Source: a virus
Length of the DNA: 64,000 nt
Virus record (IMG/VR): IMGVR_UViG_3300035698_004085
Location: 111,003-175,002 of that record
Reading direction: 5' to 3' (one strand)
Notes under the pieces: generated by a model
What the model saw: only the letters and a program-made list of their open reading frames with translations
Databases searched by the model: none
What the model was told of the DNA's origin: nothing
Shown here: positions 1-7,650 of the stretch, one piece after another
How positions within the stretch are numbered: position 1 is the first letter of the stretch
Layout: every line of letters starts with the position of its first letter
Program-made: the position numbers and the translations under genes

Positions 1-50
1 CAAAGTCTGTTCGCGGCAGATGTTCGTGAGTTCGAATCTCACCCCTTAGC
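1..50 (+). tRNA. 3' part of a tRNA (5' end outside window; identity ambiguous)
   Basis: T-arm GTGAG-TTCGAAT-CTCAC followed by acceptor 3' strand. Confidence 0.65.
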
Positions 51-122
51 AGTGCGTTGGGGGTTCACACGAGGAATGTGGCTTTACAAAGTTCTTGTTT
101 ACATTTTTTAAAGGAGGAAATT

Positions 123-445
123 ATGAGTATAGACTACCATACCTGCCCAGTTTGTGGTTCAATCTTACCTGGAAGAAAACTTCATTTTGTGATCATAAAT
201 GTCTTAGAGACTTCTATATGAAAACAGACTGGAGCAGAGTTAGGAAAGTAGTTTATGCTAGGGATGGTGGGATTTGTATGATTTGTGGTCTTCCTATAAA
301 GGGGACTTATCATGTAGACCATATTATGCCTTTGGTCAAGGGAGGTGATGAATGGGATTTAGAGAACCTTCAATTGTCTTGTCCTACTTGTAACTTAAAA
401 AAAGGAACTAAGCTTGTTTCTTCTAACAAAAAGGAGATGGACTAA
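123..445 (+). CDS. HNH endonuclease with N-terminal Zn finger, split by an apparent -1 frameshift at 176-179
   Basis: AAGGAGG RBS + ATG123 (CPVCG); other frame gives FCDHKC...RDGGICMICG...HVDHIMPL..GG..NLQLSCPTCN. Confidence 0.8.
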
Positions 446-669
446 TGTCTACTGGAGATTTTGACGATAACTACTATAAAAAGCATTTTGGTAATGCTAT
501 TTACGTGTCTCCTTTACTACCTGAGACGGTACCAGAACCCTGGGTAGAGCTTATTAAGGCTTTAGAAGAGCGTATAGACGCCTTAGAGAAGAAGGTGGAG
601 TCTCACGAGAAGCTTAATTCCAGTACAAGAACTAGCAATAGTCTTCATACTCCATTATTCGGAAATTAA
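445..669 (+). CDS. hypothetical coiled-coil protein
   Basis: ORF, RBS, overlaps upstream stop. Confidence 0.65.
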   Translation: MSTGDFDDNYYKKHFGNAIYVSPLLPETVPEPWVELIKALEERIDALEKKVESHEKLNSSTRTSNSLHTPLFGN

Positions 670-682
670 ATTAAAAAAGAAC

Positions 683-711
683 TTGACAACTCAGCTTTTA
701 AGTGTTATGCT
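683..711 (+). promoter_or_regulatory. sigma70-type promoter
   Basis: TTGACA-N17-TATGCT. Confidence 0.7.
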
Positions 712-754
712 TTCTTTAATGGATGAGGGAACATTCAACGAAAGGGAAAGTAAG

Positions 755-946
755 ATGGCTACTGAGTTTAGCGTAGGTGACTCGGTTATTGCAATTGGGC
801 TTGGGAATAAGAGTGGAGAGATTCTTAGTATTGGTGGGTCTTCTACTTATCCCGTTTACATTGTTGATCTGGGTTTGTCGCATTTAGGAATTAAGCCTGT
901 TCAACTTTTGTCAGAAGAATTAGAAAAAGAACTTGACAACTCCTGA
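755..946 (+). CDS. small SH3/KOW-like hypothetical protein
   Basis: RBS + ATG755; FSVGDSV...GEIL pattern. Confidence 0.6.
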   Translation: MATEFSVGDSVIAIGLGNKSGEILSIGGSSTYPVYIVDLGLSHLGIKPVQLLSEELEKELDNS

Positions 947-1002
947 AAAAGGGAGTAAGCTAGTATGTAGAGATTGAGAAACGGTTCATTGATAATTGAA
1001 TA
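933..1002 (+). promoter_or_regulatory. sigma70-type promoter followed by boxA-like antitermination sequence
   Basis: TTGACA-N17-TAAGCT, then GTTCATTGATAATTGAATA resembling rrn boxA leaders. Confidence 0.65.
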
Positions 1003-1012
1003 GCTGCTAAAC

Positions 1013-1424
1013 AAAGTCTTGGGATGACTTTTAAAATAAACTCACACTGGTGGAGGATGCCGGGAGGCGTCCCTAAATAGAAGTCCAAAGGATACTGATG
1101 ACTGCTTAAAAGCCGTATCCAGATCTAAAGTGCTGGTACAAACCCTTTGAAGGTTGTAGAAGTCAGAGAATTAACTCTAGCCCATTACGTGCTAAATGAT
1201 GCTTAATAGGCGTTATAAAGACATCGGAGATGACCGACAGCACTCAACAACGTTCCGTTAGTCAGCGGATAGTTAGGAGAGACGCCTAATGAAGAAAAGA
1301 ATTGACATTCTTAAAAAACTCTCTTCTTGAGTAAAGACGCAGTAGTTGCGATAGTCTACAGTGGTGAGTAGGCGCTATAACCAAGCGGTGGAGCACTTTG
1401 CATTGAAGCCGTCTGGTCTACTCG
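1013..1424 (+). ncRNA. cluster of unannotated structured RNA elements
   Basis: No ORF; stems AAAGTC/GACTTT, GGATGCC/GGCGTCC, GGATAC/GTATCC, multibranch AGTGCTG/CAGCACT, GAGTAGGC/GTCTACTC. Confidence 0.5.
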
Positions 1425-1430
1425 TTTTAT

Positions 1431-1543
1431 CCTTGGGTAGCTAAGAGCATGACCTTGACAAGCATTCTAGGTGTAGGTTGAGATAATCATGGCGAAAAGC
1501 GGGGTGCGCAGCCTCAATGTTGGTTCAAGTCCAGCCCCAGGGT
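1431..1543 (+). ncRNA. tRNA-like RNA with D-loop hairpin insertion and shrunken anticodon arm
   Basis: Acceptor CCTTGGG/CCCAGGG, T8A9, D-stem GCT/AGC, T-arm GTTGG-TTCAAGT-CCAGC. Confidence 0.65.
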
Positions 1544-1546
1544 CTA

Positions 1547-1707
1547 GAGACGTGGTAAAATCCAGAATAAGGGGTGTTCAGTTGAGAGTGCATGGATGTG
1601 TATTCGGAGCTGACTTAAATTAGTCGAGACTCTGGTTGTTTCGCTAATGTAAAAATACAATTCCACAACAGCGTAAGTGTGGATCTGACTAGCCCTAACT
1701 ATGTCTC
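1547..1707 (+). ncRNA. multibranch structured RNA
   Basis: 10-bp closing stem GAGACGTGGT/ACTATGTCTC with several internal hairpins. Confidence 0.5.
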
Positions 1708-1896
1708 GTTTAATATATTTCGAAAGCTGTGATTGTTTGAATTGTTGCGTCAGGTTAGGATGCGTTGAGTAAGCTTTTTATCACAGTGTTGTTTCTCTGG
1801 AGGCTTACTCTCATGGGCGTTGGTCCGTCTTCAAGCTCGGGACCCCGGAAATACAATCCTAACACGCTTGATCTTTTTAACAAAAAGGATAATGAT

Positions 1897-2232
1897 ATGA
1901 AAATAGTAGGAATAGTTTTTATAATTTTAGTTTGTCTATTCTGTGTATTTTATTCAGGATTCAATGTAGGAGATAGCGTTAGTAGGTTTAGGGTTGCAGA
2001 GTACGAAAAAGCTATTCAAAAACTAGAAACTAAATACGATAGATGCACTAAGTGCAAATTAATTGTTATTCCAGTGAAAACGGATACTGAATGTAAGGAG
2101 CTAGAAGGACAGTACGCAGCTATTCAAAAGTGGTGTGACCCAGATTGCCCAGAACAACTGGAAGCGTGTCAGATTGCCTTAGAGAGACTGTGGGGCTATC
2201 CTTCTTATAAGTTGCTCGAACAGGAGATTTAA
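1897..2232 (+). CDS. membrane-anchored coiled-coil protein (i-spanin-like architecture)
   Basis: RBS + ATG1897; N-terminal TM helix, coiled coil, cysteines. Confidence 0.55.
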   Translation: MKIVGIVFIILVCLFCVFYSGFNVGDSVSRFRVAEYEKAIQKLETKYDRCTKCKLIVIPVKTDTECKELEGQYAAIQKWCDPDCPEQLEACQIALERLWGYPSYKLLEQEI

Positions 2233-2234
2233 TA

Positions 2235-2292
2235 ACTCGCACAGTGAAACGCTGAGGAGCGTCTAAGCTTACTCTTACTGATGAGTGCGGGT
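2235..2292 (+). ncRNA. type II hammerhead-like ribozyme
   Basis: GAAA-CGCT(GAGG)AGCG-TC, stem I TAAG/CTTA, CTGATGA, stem II GTGCGGGT/ACTCGCAC. Confidence 0.7.
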
Positions 2293-2330
2293 AACAGGTT
2301 TTTGCATACTTCACCTAAAGAAAGTATGAT

Positions 2331-2468
2331 AGCATAGTGACTGTCCGTAAGTTTTTATAGTAGCGGGGGTTATCGGCTTACCGCGCTTAAGAGCTTGACA
2401 GGCTAGAGCAGACATGTCTAGAAGATGAGATTTGACTAATATCTCAGGAGTGACACTCCGCGCTATGT
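2331..2468 (+). ncRNA. multibranch structured RNA
   Basis: Closing stem AGCATAGTG/CGCTATGTT; internal CTGTC/GACAG, TGAGAT/ATCTCA, GGAGT/ACTCC. Confidence 0.45.
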
Positions 2469-2516
2469 TATTTTATTCTCTTTCCTAATTTATTTTAAAT
2501 TCTTTTCATTATTTTG

Positions 2517-2545
2517 TTGACAATTGATCTAAGCAGTGTTAAGCT
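2517..2545 (+). promoter_or_regulatory. sigma70-type promoter
   Basis: TTGACA-N17-TAAGCT. Confidence 0.7.
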
Positions 2546-2587
2546 GTGTTTAGAAGGTTTGGGAAACACTATTGAAAGGAAAAGACA

Positions 2588-2803
2588 ATGTACGGATGTG
2601 GATGCGAAGAATGTAATATCCTGGGAGAATGGTTTTGGCTTCATGACTCTGTTCATGCTAAGGATCTTTACGACATTGACGGTCTAATGTGCTGGTATGC
2701 TTTTCCAGAGGATGATAAGAAAGAACTTGCACATCAACAAGGCATGCTTAAGGGTTTGGAATTTAGATATAACGAGATCAAAGGAACCAAACATTTTAAA
2801 TAA
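2588..2803 (+). CDS. hypothetical protein
   Basis: ORF with RBS after promoter. Confidence 0.65.
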   Translation: MYGCGCEECNILGEWFWLHDSVHAKDLYDIDGLMCWYAFPEDDKKELAHQQGMLKGLEFRYNEIKGTKHFK

Positions 2804-2808
2804 ACTTC

Positions 2809-2837
2809 TTGACAACGCTCCCAAAGTGTAGTAACCT
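2809..2837 (+). promoter_or_regulatory. sigma70-type promoter
   Basis: TTGACA-N17-TAACCT. Confidence 0.65.
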
Positions 2838-2867
2838 TGTTTTGGCGATTAAGAAAGGTAATTAAGA

Positions 2868-3122
2868 ATGGACATGCGTAAGGAATATAGCGAAAGAGAA
2901 CTAGCGTTATTTATCCACTTTGGTTATGAGTACATGATCGATATTGGAACTGATGCACTTCAGCCTGATACGTTTTATCAACTAATGGTTGAAGTAGCAT
3001 TTTTAAACAATATGAAAGGACCTAAGGTAGACTCATTGAGACGTTGTTACTTTGCGCTTAAAAACAGAACATGCTACCGAGGTACTCCTGAGTGGGACGC
3101 AATGATTAAGCTCAGTAGTTAA
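2868..3122 (+). CDS. hypothetical protein
   Basis: ORF with RBS. Confidence 0.65.
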   Translation: MDMRKEYSERELALFIHFGYEYMIDIGTDALQPDTFYQLMVEVAFLNNMKGPKVDSLRRCYFALKNRTCYRGTPEWDAMIKLSS

Positions 3123-3137
3123 GAAAGCTAATTAAGA

Positions 3138-3659
3138 ATGGAAGATTATAAAAAGACTTTTAAAGATTTCTGGAAAGACCTTGTAACGAACGATGATGGG
3201 TCCTTAAACGTGGATCAAATCATGAGAGAGCTGCATGACTACAGTAGGGTTATGGATAATGTCTCCAAAGTGTATATGCACATAACTAATAGGAGCATGT
3301 CTAAGCCTAATTATTGTTCAGAAGACGTAATTATGGAGTTTGAATCTGTTCAGGAACAGAACTGGGAAAAGTTTTTAAAAGAAGAGATTGAATACCGTCA
3401 GACTGAGTTTGAAGATCTCAACCAAGATTATCTAGATCTTGAGAAGAAGATGCTCAAGGCTAATGGCTGGGTTCCTGAAAAGGGCGATAAGGTTAGGTTT
3501 TGGTTTGACGATGAGAAGTATGAAGGAATCGTTACTTTCATTGAGCGCGCTGGCGGACCTGGAGATGAGGAGTTCGCTATGATTGATTTTGTTAATGAGG
3601 AAGGCGGCGAGGATGGTTGTGTTGTATCTTTTTCTGCAATCATTGAGATACTGGAGTAA
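3138..3659 (+). CDS. hypothetical phage protein with C-terminal SH3-like domain
   Basis: ORF; PEKGDKVRF...EGIV pattern. Confidence 0.7.
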   Translation: MEDYKKTFKDFWKDLVTNDDGSLNVDQIMRELHDYSRVMDNVSKVYMHITNRSMSKPNYCSEDVIMEFESVQEQNWEKFLKEEIEYRQTEFEDLNQDYLDLEKKMLKANGWVPEKGDKVRFWFDDEKYEGIVTFIERAGGPGDEEFAMIDFVNEEGGEDGCVVSFSAIIEILE

Positions 3660-3664
3660 CAGTC

Positions 3665-3895
3665 ATGAATGAATTCAAATGGAAATATAACAAAGAGGGT
3701 AGCTATGACTTGGAAACCACTAAAGATGGTTATAATGCTTCTGTTAAAAGAGGTAACATAGCTTGGTCAGGTACCGTAACTTACCCTGATAAAACTGAAG
3801 GGTTTCTTACAGGTTTGATGTATTTTGAAGACAATGCGCGAAATGGTTGCCAAAATGCAATCTTGGCAGATCGTTGGAGGAAAGACAATGAATAA
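3665..3895 (+). CDS. hypothetical protein
   Basis: ORF in operon. Confidence 0.65.
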   Translation: MNEFKWKYNKEGSYDLETTKDGYNASVKRGNIAWSGTVTYPDKTEGFLTGLMYFEDNARNGCQNAILADRWRKDNE

Positions 3896-4151
3896 GGATA
3901 TTAGTGAATACTCAGCAAGAGAGCTTAAAAAGGCGCTGGAGCGTAAAGAGAGGGAGGATAAGAAGATTCCTGCAGAGAAGGCTGAGTTTCATCCATCCCG
4001 CCTTGTGGAAACTATTAGGTTTGCTATGAGAGCGATCGTAGATCAAGGTTACTCAAAAGACCATGAATACTATATTTATGAAGAAGCAATGCAGATGATT
4101 TATGGTGACGATATTTGGGCGTGGATGCGTGAGAATAACGAGGGTTGTTAA
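3888..4151 (+). CDS. hypothetical protein
   Basis: GGAGG RBS + ATG3888. Confidence 0.65.
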   Translation: MNKDISEYSARELKKALERKEREDKKIPAEKAEFHPSRLVETIRFAMRAIVDQGYSKDHEYYIYEEAMQMIYGDDIWAWMRENNEGC

Positions 4152-4160
4152 ATGAGTTTT

Positions 4161-4246
4161 GCGCGGATGGGGGAATGGTCTACCCAGGAGATTCAAAATC
4201 TCCCGCCTGTAAGGGCTTGCAAGTTCGAATCTTGTTCCGCGTACCA
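4161..4246 (+). tRNA. tRNA-Leu(CAA)
   Basis: Cloverleaf, anticodon arm GGAGA-TTCAAAA-TCTCC, long variable arm, encoded CCA. Confidence 0.92.
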
Positions 4247-4247
4247 T

Positions 4248-4322
4248 AGAGAACTAGGCTAATTGGCTTAAGCCACCAGCTTTTGGTGTTGGGTATTCGG
4301 GGTTCAAATCCCCGGTTCTCTA
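4248..4322 (+). tRNA. tRNA-Gln(TTG)
   Basis: Acceptor AGAGAAC/GTTCTCT, anticodon arm CCAGC-TTTTGGT-GTTGG, T-loop TTCAAAT; no encoded CCA. Confidence 0.85.
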
Positions 4323-4342
4323 ATCAATGAAAGGAAATTATT

Positions 4343-4654
4343 ATGGCAAAAAAGAAACAAGAAGTAAGACTAACCGTTGACTCCATGTACCCTTATGATC
4401 TAGAAGGGAGCATAGATGACGCTATTGAACATCTTCAAGAGGTTAAAGAAGCTAGCAAAAAGCATACTGATCTTCGGTTAAACTTTGTTCAGACTTGTGA
4501 TGACGAGTGGGAGTTTGAAGTTATAGCTTATCGGCTAGAAACTGACAAAGAGTGCGACAAGAGAATCGCCAAAGAGAAAGAGCGAAAAGAACGAGAGGCT
4601 GAGCATAGGCGTCAAGAGTTTCAAAAGCTAAAGAAAGAGTTTGAAAATGAGTAA
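4343..4654 (+). CDS. hypothetical protein
   Basis: ORF with RBS. Confidence 0.7.
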   Translation: MAKKKQEVRLTVDSMYPYDLEGSIDDAIEHLQEVKEASKKHTDLRLNFVQTCDDEWEFEVIAYRLETDKECDKRIAKEKERKEREAEHRRQEFQKLKKEFENE

Positions 4655-5216
4655 GCATCAGAAACTCAGCATCTTTATTAGCCTTATTCTCAGGCATAAG
4701 CCAGGAACGGTAGGAATGGCTCTCGATGAGAACGGTTGGGCAGTTGTTGATGACCTTATCCTTGGAGTTAACCTAAACTCTAAACACTTGCTTAACCGAA
4801 TGATCCTCAATGAAATTGTTGCTAGTGACGATAAGCAACGGTATTCATTCAACGAGGACCAATCGATGATTAGAGCTAATCAAGGTCACAGCGTTAATGT
4901 AGACATTAAATTCGAGGAAAAAGATCCTCCAGATATTCTTTATCACGGCACGAACGCTGAAGCTCTTGACTCAATCTATAGAAAAGGTCTTAAGTCAATG
5001 AAGCGTCATGATGTTCATTTGTCTGCTGATTTCGACGAGTCTTATCGAGTGGCTAATAGGCGTAAGAATAAGTATCCTATTGTTTTGGTGATTGCTGCTT
5101 CTGAAATGAAAGAGAAAGGCTTTGTATTCAATCTTTCCGAGAATAAGGTTTGGCTAACTAAAAAGATTCCCAGTCATTATATTATGGGAATTTATGATTT
5201 GGAGGATCGGGGATGA
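4647..5216 (+). CDS. kptA: RNA 2'-phosphotransferase (KptA/Tpt1)
   Basis: LILRH, DKQRY, IRANQGHS, LYHGT, KRHDVHLS, NKVWL motifs. Confidence 0.93.
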   Translation: MSKHQKLSIFISLILRHKPGTVGMALDENGWAVVDDLILGVNLNSKHLLNRMILNEIVASDDKQRYSFNEDQSMIRANQGHSVNVDIKFEEKDPPDILYHGTNAEALDSIYRKGLKSMKRHDVHLSADFDESYRVANRRKNKYPIVLVIAASEMKEKGFVFNLSENKVWLTKKIPSHYIMGIYDLEDRG

Positions 5217-5674
5217 AGAACTCTAACCCTCTTCAACATGTTATAGACTATGCAACCAAAGCTCATGAAGGACAAACGGATAAAGCTGGACAACCTTACA
5301 TTAGACACCCGTTAAGGGTGGCTAGGCGCTGTTCACTATTTGGAGACGACATTGCTAAGGTAGCTTTGCTTCATGACGTTGTAGAGGACACTGAGAAGAC
5401 CTTAAAGCAGGTTGTTAAAGATATGGAGCTTACTAAAGCCGAAAAGAAGGCTTTGGACGCTATTACAAAGAGGGATAAAGAGGAGTATACTAAATATCTT
5501 TCAAGGGTTTCGAATAGTAAGATTGCTTGGCTGGTAAAGATTTATGATCTGGAAGATAATATGAGCGATGAGCGAATGTCTCAGCTTCCAGAAGACGTCC
5601 AAGAGAGACTTTTGAAGAAGTATAATTTTGCTTTAAAGACTTTGGCTCTAGGATCTTGGATGAAGAATGAGTAG
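5213..5674 (+). CDS. HD-domain hydrolase (SpoT/Mesh1-like)
   Basis: AHEGQTDKAGQPYIRHPLRV, LLHDVVED, VKIYDLEDN. Confidence 0.85.
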   Translation: MKNSNPLQHVIDYATKAHEGQTDKAGQPYIRHPLRVARRCSLFGDDIAKVALLHDVVEDTEKTLKQVVKDMELTKAEKKALDAITKRDKEEYTKYLSRVSNSKIAWLVKIYDLEDNMSDERMSQLPEDVQERLLKKYNFALKTLALGSWMKNE

Positions 5675-5714
5675 CTAAGTAAGTTTTTGTAGCACATGTA
5701 GTATATTATTGTGC

Positions 5715-6164
5715 ATGAGCAAAAAATGTAATAGGTGTAAAGAAACGTTTGAAGCAGAGTTATTCCCAGTCAGGGTTAAAAGAGGTAAAAAGACGTTAGG
5801 TCCTTACTGCAAGATTTGTGAAAGGGAATATCAAAATGAGCATTATCACAAGCACAAGGAGAGAAATCGAGAATTAAGAAGGAAAAGCGTTAAAGCTATA
5901 AGAATAAGAAATAAGCAGTACTTATGGGGTGCTAAGGAAGCTCAAGGCTGTATAGACTGTGGAGAGTCAGAGCCTATTATCTTAGAGGGTCATCATACTG
6001 GAGACGGAAAGATAAATCACTTATCGGATATGGCTAACGATTGCGTATCTATAGAAACTCTTCAAGCGGAGATTGATAAGTGTGTTATGTTGTGCGCTAA
6101 TTGTCACAGAAAAAGAACAGCTAAAGAGAAAAACTGGCATAAGGACATAAAGAAAAATGAGTGA
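5715..6164 (+). CDS. HNH endonuclease with Zn fingers
   Basis: CNRC, CKIC, CIDCGE..LEGHH..EIDKCVMLCANCH. Confidence 0.85.
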   Translation: MSKKCNRCKETFEAELFPVRVKRGKKTLGPYCKICEREYQNEHYHKHKERNRELRRKSVKAIRIRNKQYLWGAKEAQGCIDCGESEPIILEGHHTGDGKINHLSDMANDCVSIETLQAEIDKCVMLCANCHRKRTAKEKNWHKDIKKNE

Positions 6165-6315
6165 ATTAGACGAAAAAGAAGCTGAAGAGTATATGGATTA
6201 CGCTTCAATGGGGTTTAATACATGGTTTTATATGTTGCCTTATGACGACTTCTCTTTAGACTATGATAACGCTACTCCAGTTTACTGGAGCGTGGAGACT
6301 GGTGAATGGCTTTAG
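6157..6315 (+). CDS. small acidic hypothetical protein
   Basis: 52-aa ORF overlapping upstream stop. Confidence 0.5.
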   Translation: MSELDEKEAEEYMDYASMGFNTWFYMLPYDDFSLDYDNATPVYWSVETGEWL

Positions 6316-6387
6316 TATATTATATTCCTTTTTTGTTAACGGTTAGTGTTATGCTTTGGTTTTGTTTATACGGAAAGATGAAGACAG

Positions 6388-6609
6388 ATGAAAAAGATAC
6401 TAGGGATTGAATCAACTTTCTATATTCCTTTTTGGTCAGAAGACAACTTTTTGGCCAAACTTGAGACTTGGCCAGAGTATCTTGGCATAAGAGAAGTTGA
6501 AACCGTTACAGTAAGACCCTGGCTCTTCTTTAGTTCCTTTACTATTATTGTTTGGGGTGATGCCTCAGCGATTAACCGGTTTACTAATTATATGAGAAAC
6601 GGAGAGTAA
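6388..6609 (+). CDS. hypothetical protein
   Basis: ORF in operon. Confidence 0.55.
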   Translation: MKKILGIESTFYIPFWSEDNFLAKLETWPEYLGIREVETVTVRPWLFFSSFTIIVWGDASAINRFTNYMRNGE

Positions 6610-6611
6610 TC

Positions 6612-6761
6612 ATGGAAAAGGTATTCTATCCTACAGCAGAAGACTATCAAGATCTGGAAGATTTTATGATGGAAGGATTTTCAGAGATAACTATTAAAGA
6701 TTTGGTTAAGCCTTTTATGCTTGAAGGTCCTGTTTATCCTCCTTATTCAGCCGTATGTTAA
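6612..6761 (+). CDS. small hypothetical protein (possibly frameshifted, continuing to 6822)
   Basis: GGAGAG RBS + ATG6612. Confidence 0.45.
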   Translation: MEKVFYPTAEDYQDLEDFMMEGFSEITIKDLVKPFMLEGPVYPPYSAVC

Positions 6762-6832
6762 AGAACCTGAAGATATTACTCCAATTATTACTTGGAAGAC
6801 TCCGAGAAATACGACTTATTAATATTAAAAAC

Positions 6833-6861
6833 TTGACAATCCTTATTAAAGGTGTTAAGAT
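6833..6861 (+). promoter_or_regulatory. sigma70-type promoter for tRNA-Ile
   Basis: TTGACA-N17-TAAGAT. Confidence 0.7.
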
Positions 6862-6876
6862 CTTGATAATTAAGAC

Positions 6877-6947
6877 AGACTAGTAGCTCAACGGTAGAGC
6901 GCGTGCCTTATAAGCGCGTGACGGCGGTTCAATTCCTCCCTAGTCTA
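6877..6947 (+). tRNA. tRNA-Ile(TAT)
   Basis: Acceptor AGACTAG/CTAGTCT, D-arm GCTC/GAGC, anticodon arm CGTGC-CTTATAA-GCGCG, T-loop TTCAATT. Confidence 0.85.
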
Positions 6948-6948
6948 A

Positions 6949-7065
6949 GCAACGAACCTCTAAAGCCTCTCTAAAGAAGCTCAAACCAGACCTGAATTAA
7001 CAGGTATCACTGTTAGGACGCTAACGGAGTGAGGTCATTTTAAAGTGCTTGGGCGGCACGGTTGC
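6949..7065 (+). ncRNA. structured RNA directly 3' of tRNA-Ile
   Basis: Closing GCAAC/GTTGC; hairpins ACCTG/CAGGT, GTTAG/CTAAC, TCAC/GTGA. Confidence 0.45.
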
Positions 7066-7120
7066 CCCAATGTTTGGCGAGTTTTTACCTTTCGCGCCAG
7101 ATGTTGGGGCATTTTTATTT
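7063..7120 (+). terminator. intrinsic terminator
   Basis: Long stem TGCCCCAATGTTTGGCG/CGCCAGATGTTGGGGCA + T tract. Confidence 0.75.
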
Positions 7121-7169
7121 AAGCTTTAAACTCTAAATCACAAATTCTTAAACTATTCAATAAATTCTC

Positions 7170-7198
7170 TTGACAAACCCTTTCCCGCGTGTTAAGCT
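7170..7198 (+). promoter_or_regulatory. sigma70-type promoter
   Basis: TTGACA-N17-TAAGCT. Confidence 0.7.
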
Positions 7199-7222
7199 TG
7201 GTTTAACAAATGGAGGAACGAA

Positions 7223-7519
7223 ATGCTAGACGAGATAGTAGACCAAGAGCCAATCTATGATGCAAGAGCTTTTTCAGAGATTAAGAAGAGGTGGGATCAA
7301 GCAACTTATGAAGACGCTAGGGATATGATTCACACTGATAGAATTGTTGTGACTATTCCTGGAGTAACTTATAGAGAGTTCTACAAACATGCTCTGGACA
7401 AGGGGTATCATAGTGTTAGCCTCTCATTTCAATTTAACATCATGAAAGTTGGCGAGCACAAAACGCCAGGATTTCATGAGCTAGTAGACAATTGGTTGAA
7501 AGAAAACCCAAAAGACTAA
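7223..7519 (+). CDS. hypothetical protein
   Basis: GGAGG RBS, ORF. Confidence 0.7.
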   Translation: MLDEIVDQEPIYDARAFSEIKKRWDQATYEDARDMIHTDRIVVTIPGVTYREFYKHALDKGYHSVSLSFQFNIMKVGEHKTPGFHELVDNWLKENPKD

Positions 7520-7532
7520 GAAAGGATCTAAA

Positions 7533-7646
7533 ATGAGCACAAGTTACAAGAAGCGCAAGAAGGCACGTCAACAGGATAATGCTTCTAAAAAGCACGACAG
7601 AAATCGTAGGCGCAATCGTCTTAAGAAGTACAACCTAAAAGGATGA
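7533..7646 (+). CDS. 37-aa highly basic peptide
   Basis: RBS + MSTSYKKRKKARQQ...RNRRRNRLKK. Confidence 0.55.
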   Translation: MSTSYKKRKKARQQDNASKKHDRNRRRNRLKKYNLKG

Positions 7647-7650
7647 GACA

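Noticed and set aside
1090-1120. Second hammerhead at CTGATGA
   Set aside because: No correctly placed GAAA, stem III or cleavage triplet.
1382-1395. CAAGCGGTGGAGCA identical to a conserved 16S rRNA stretch
   Set aside because: 14-nt match only, flanks unrelated; not an rRNA gene.
1791-1854. Twister or twister-sister ribozyme
   Set aside because: The CCG..CAAGC.CGG hairpin is reminiscent, but I could not place the remaining conserved core; left as unknown structured RNA.
1765-1896. N-terminal extension of ORF 1765-2232
   Set aside because: Overlaps structured RNA; the RBS and TM helix indicate a start at 1897.
6612-6822. Programmed +1 frameshift at CCTCCTT
   Set aside because: The alternative frame looks plausible, but there is no domain evidence and an assembly indel or decay is at least as likely.
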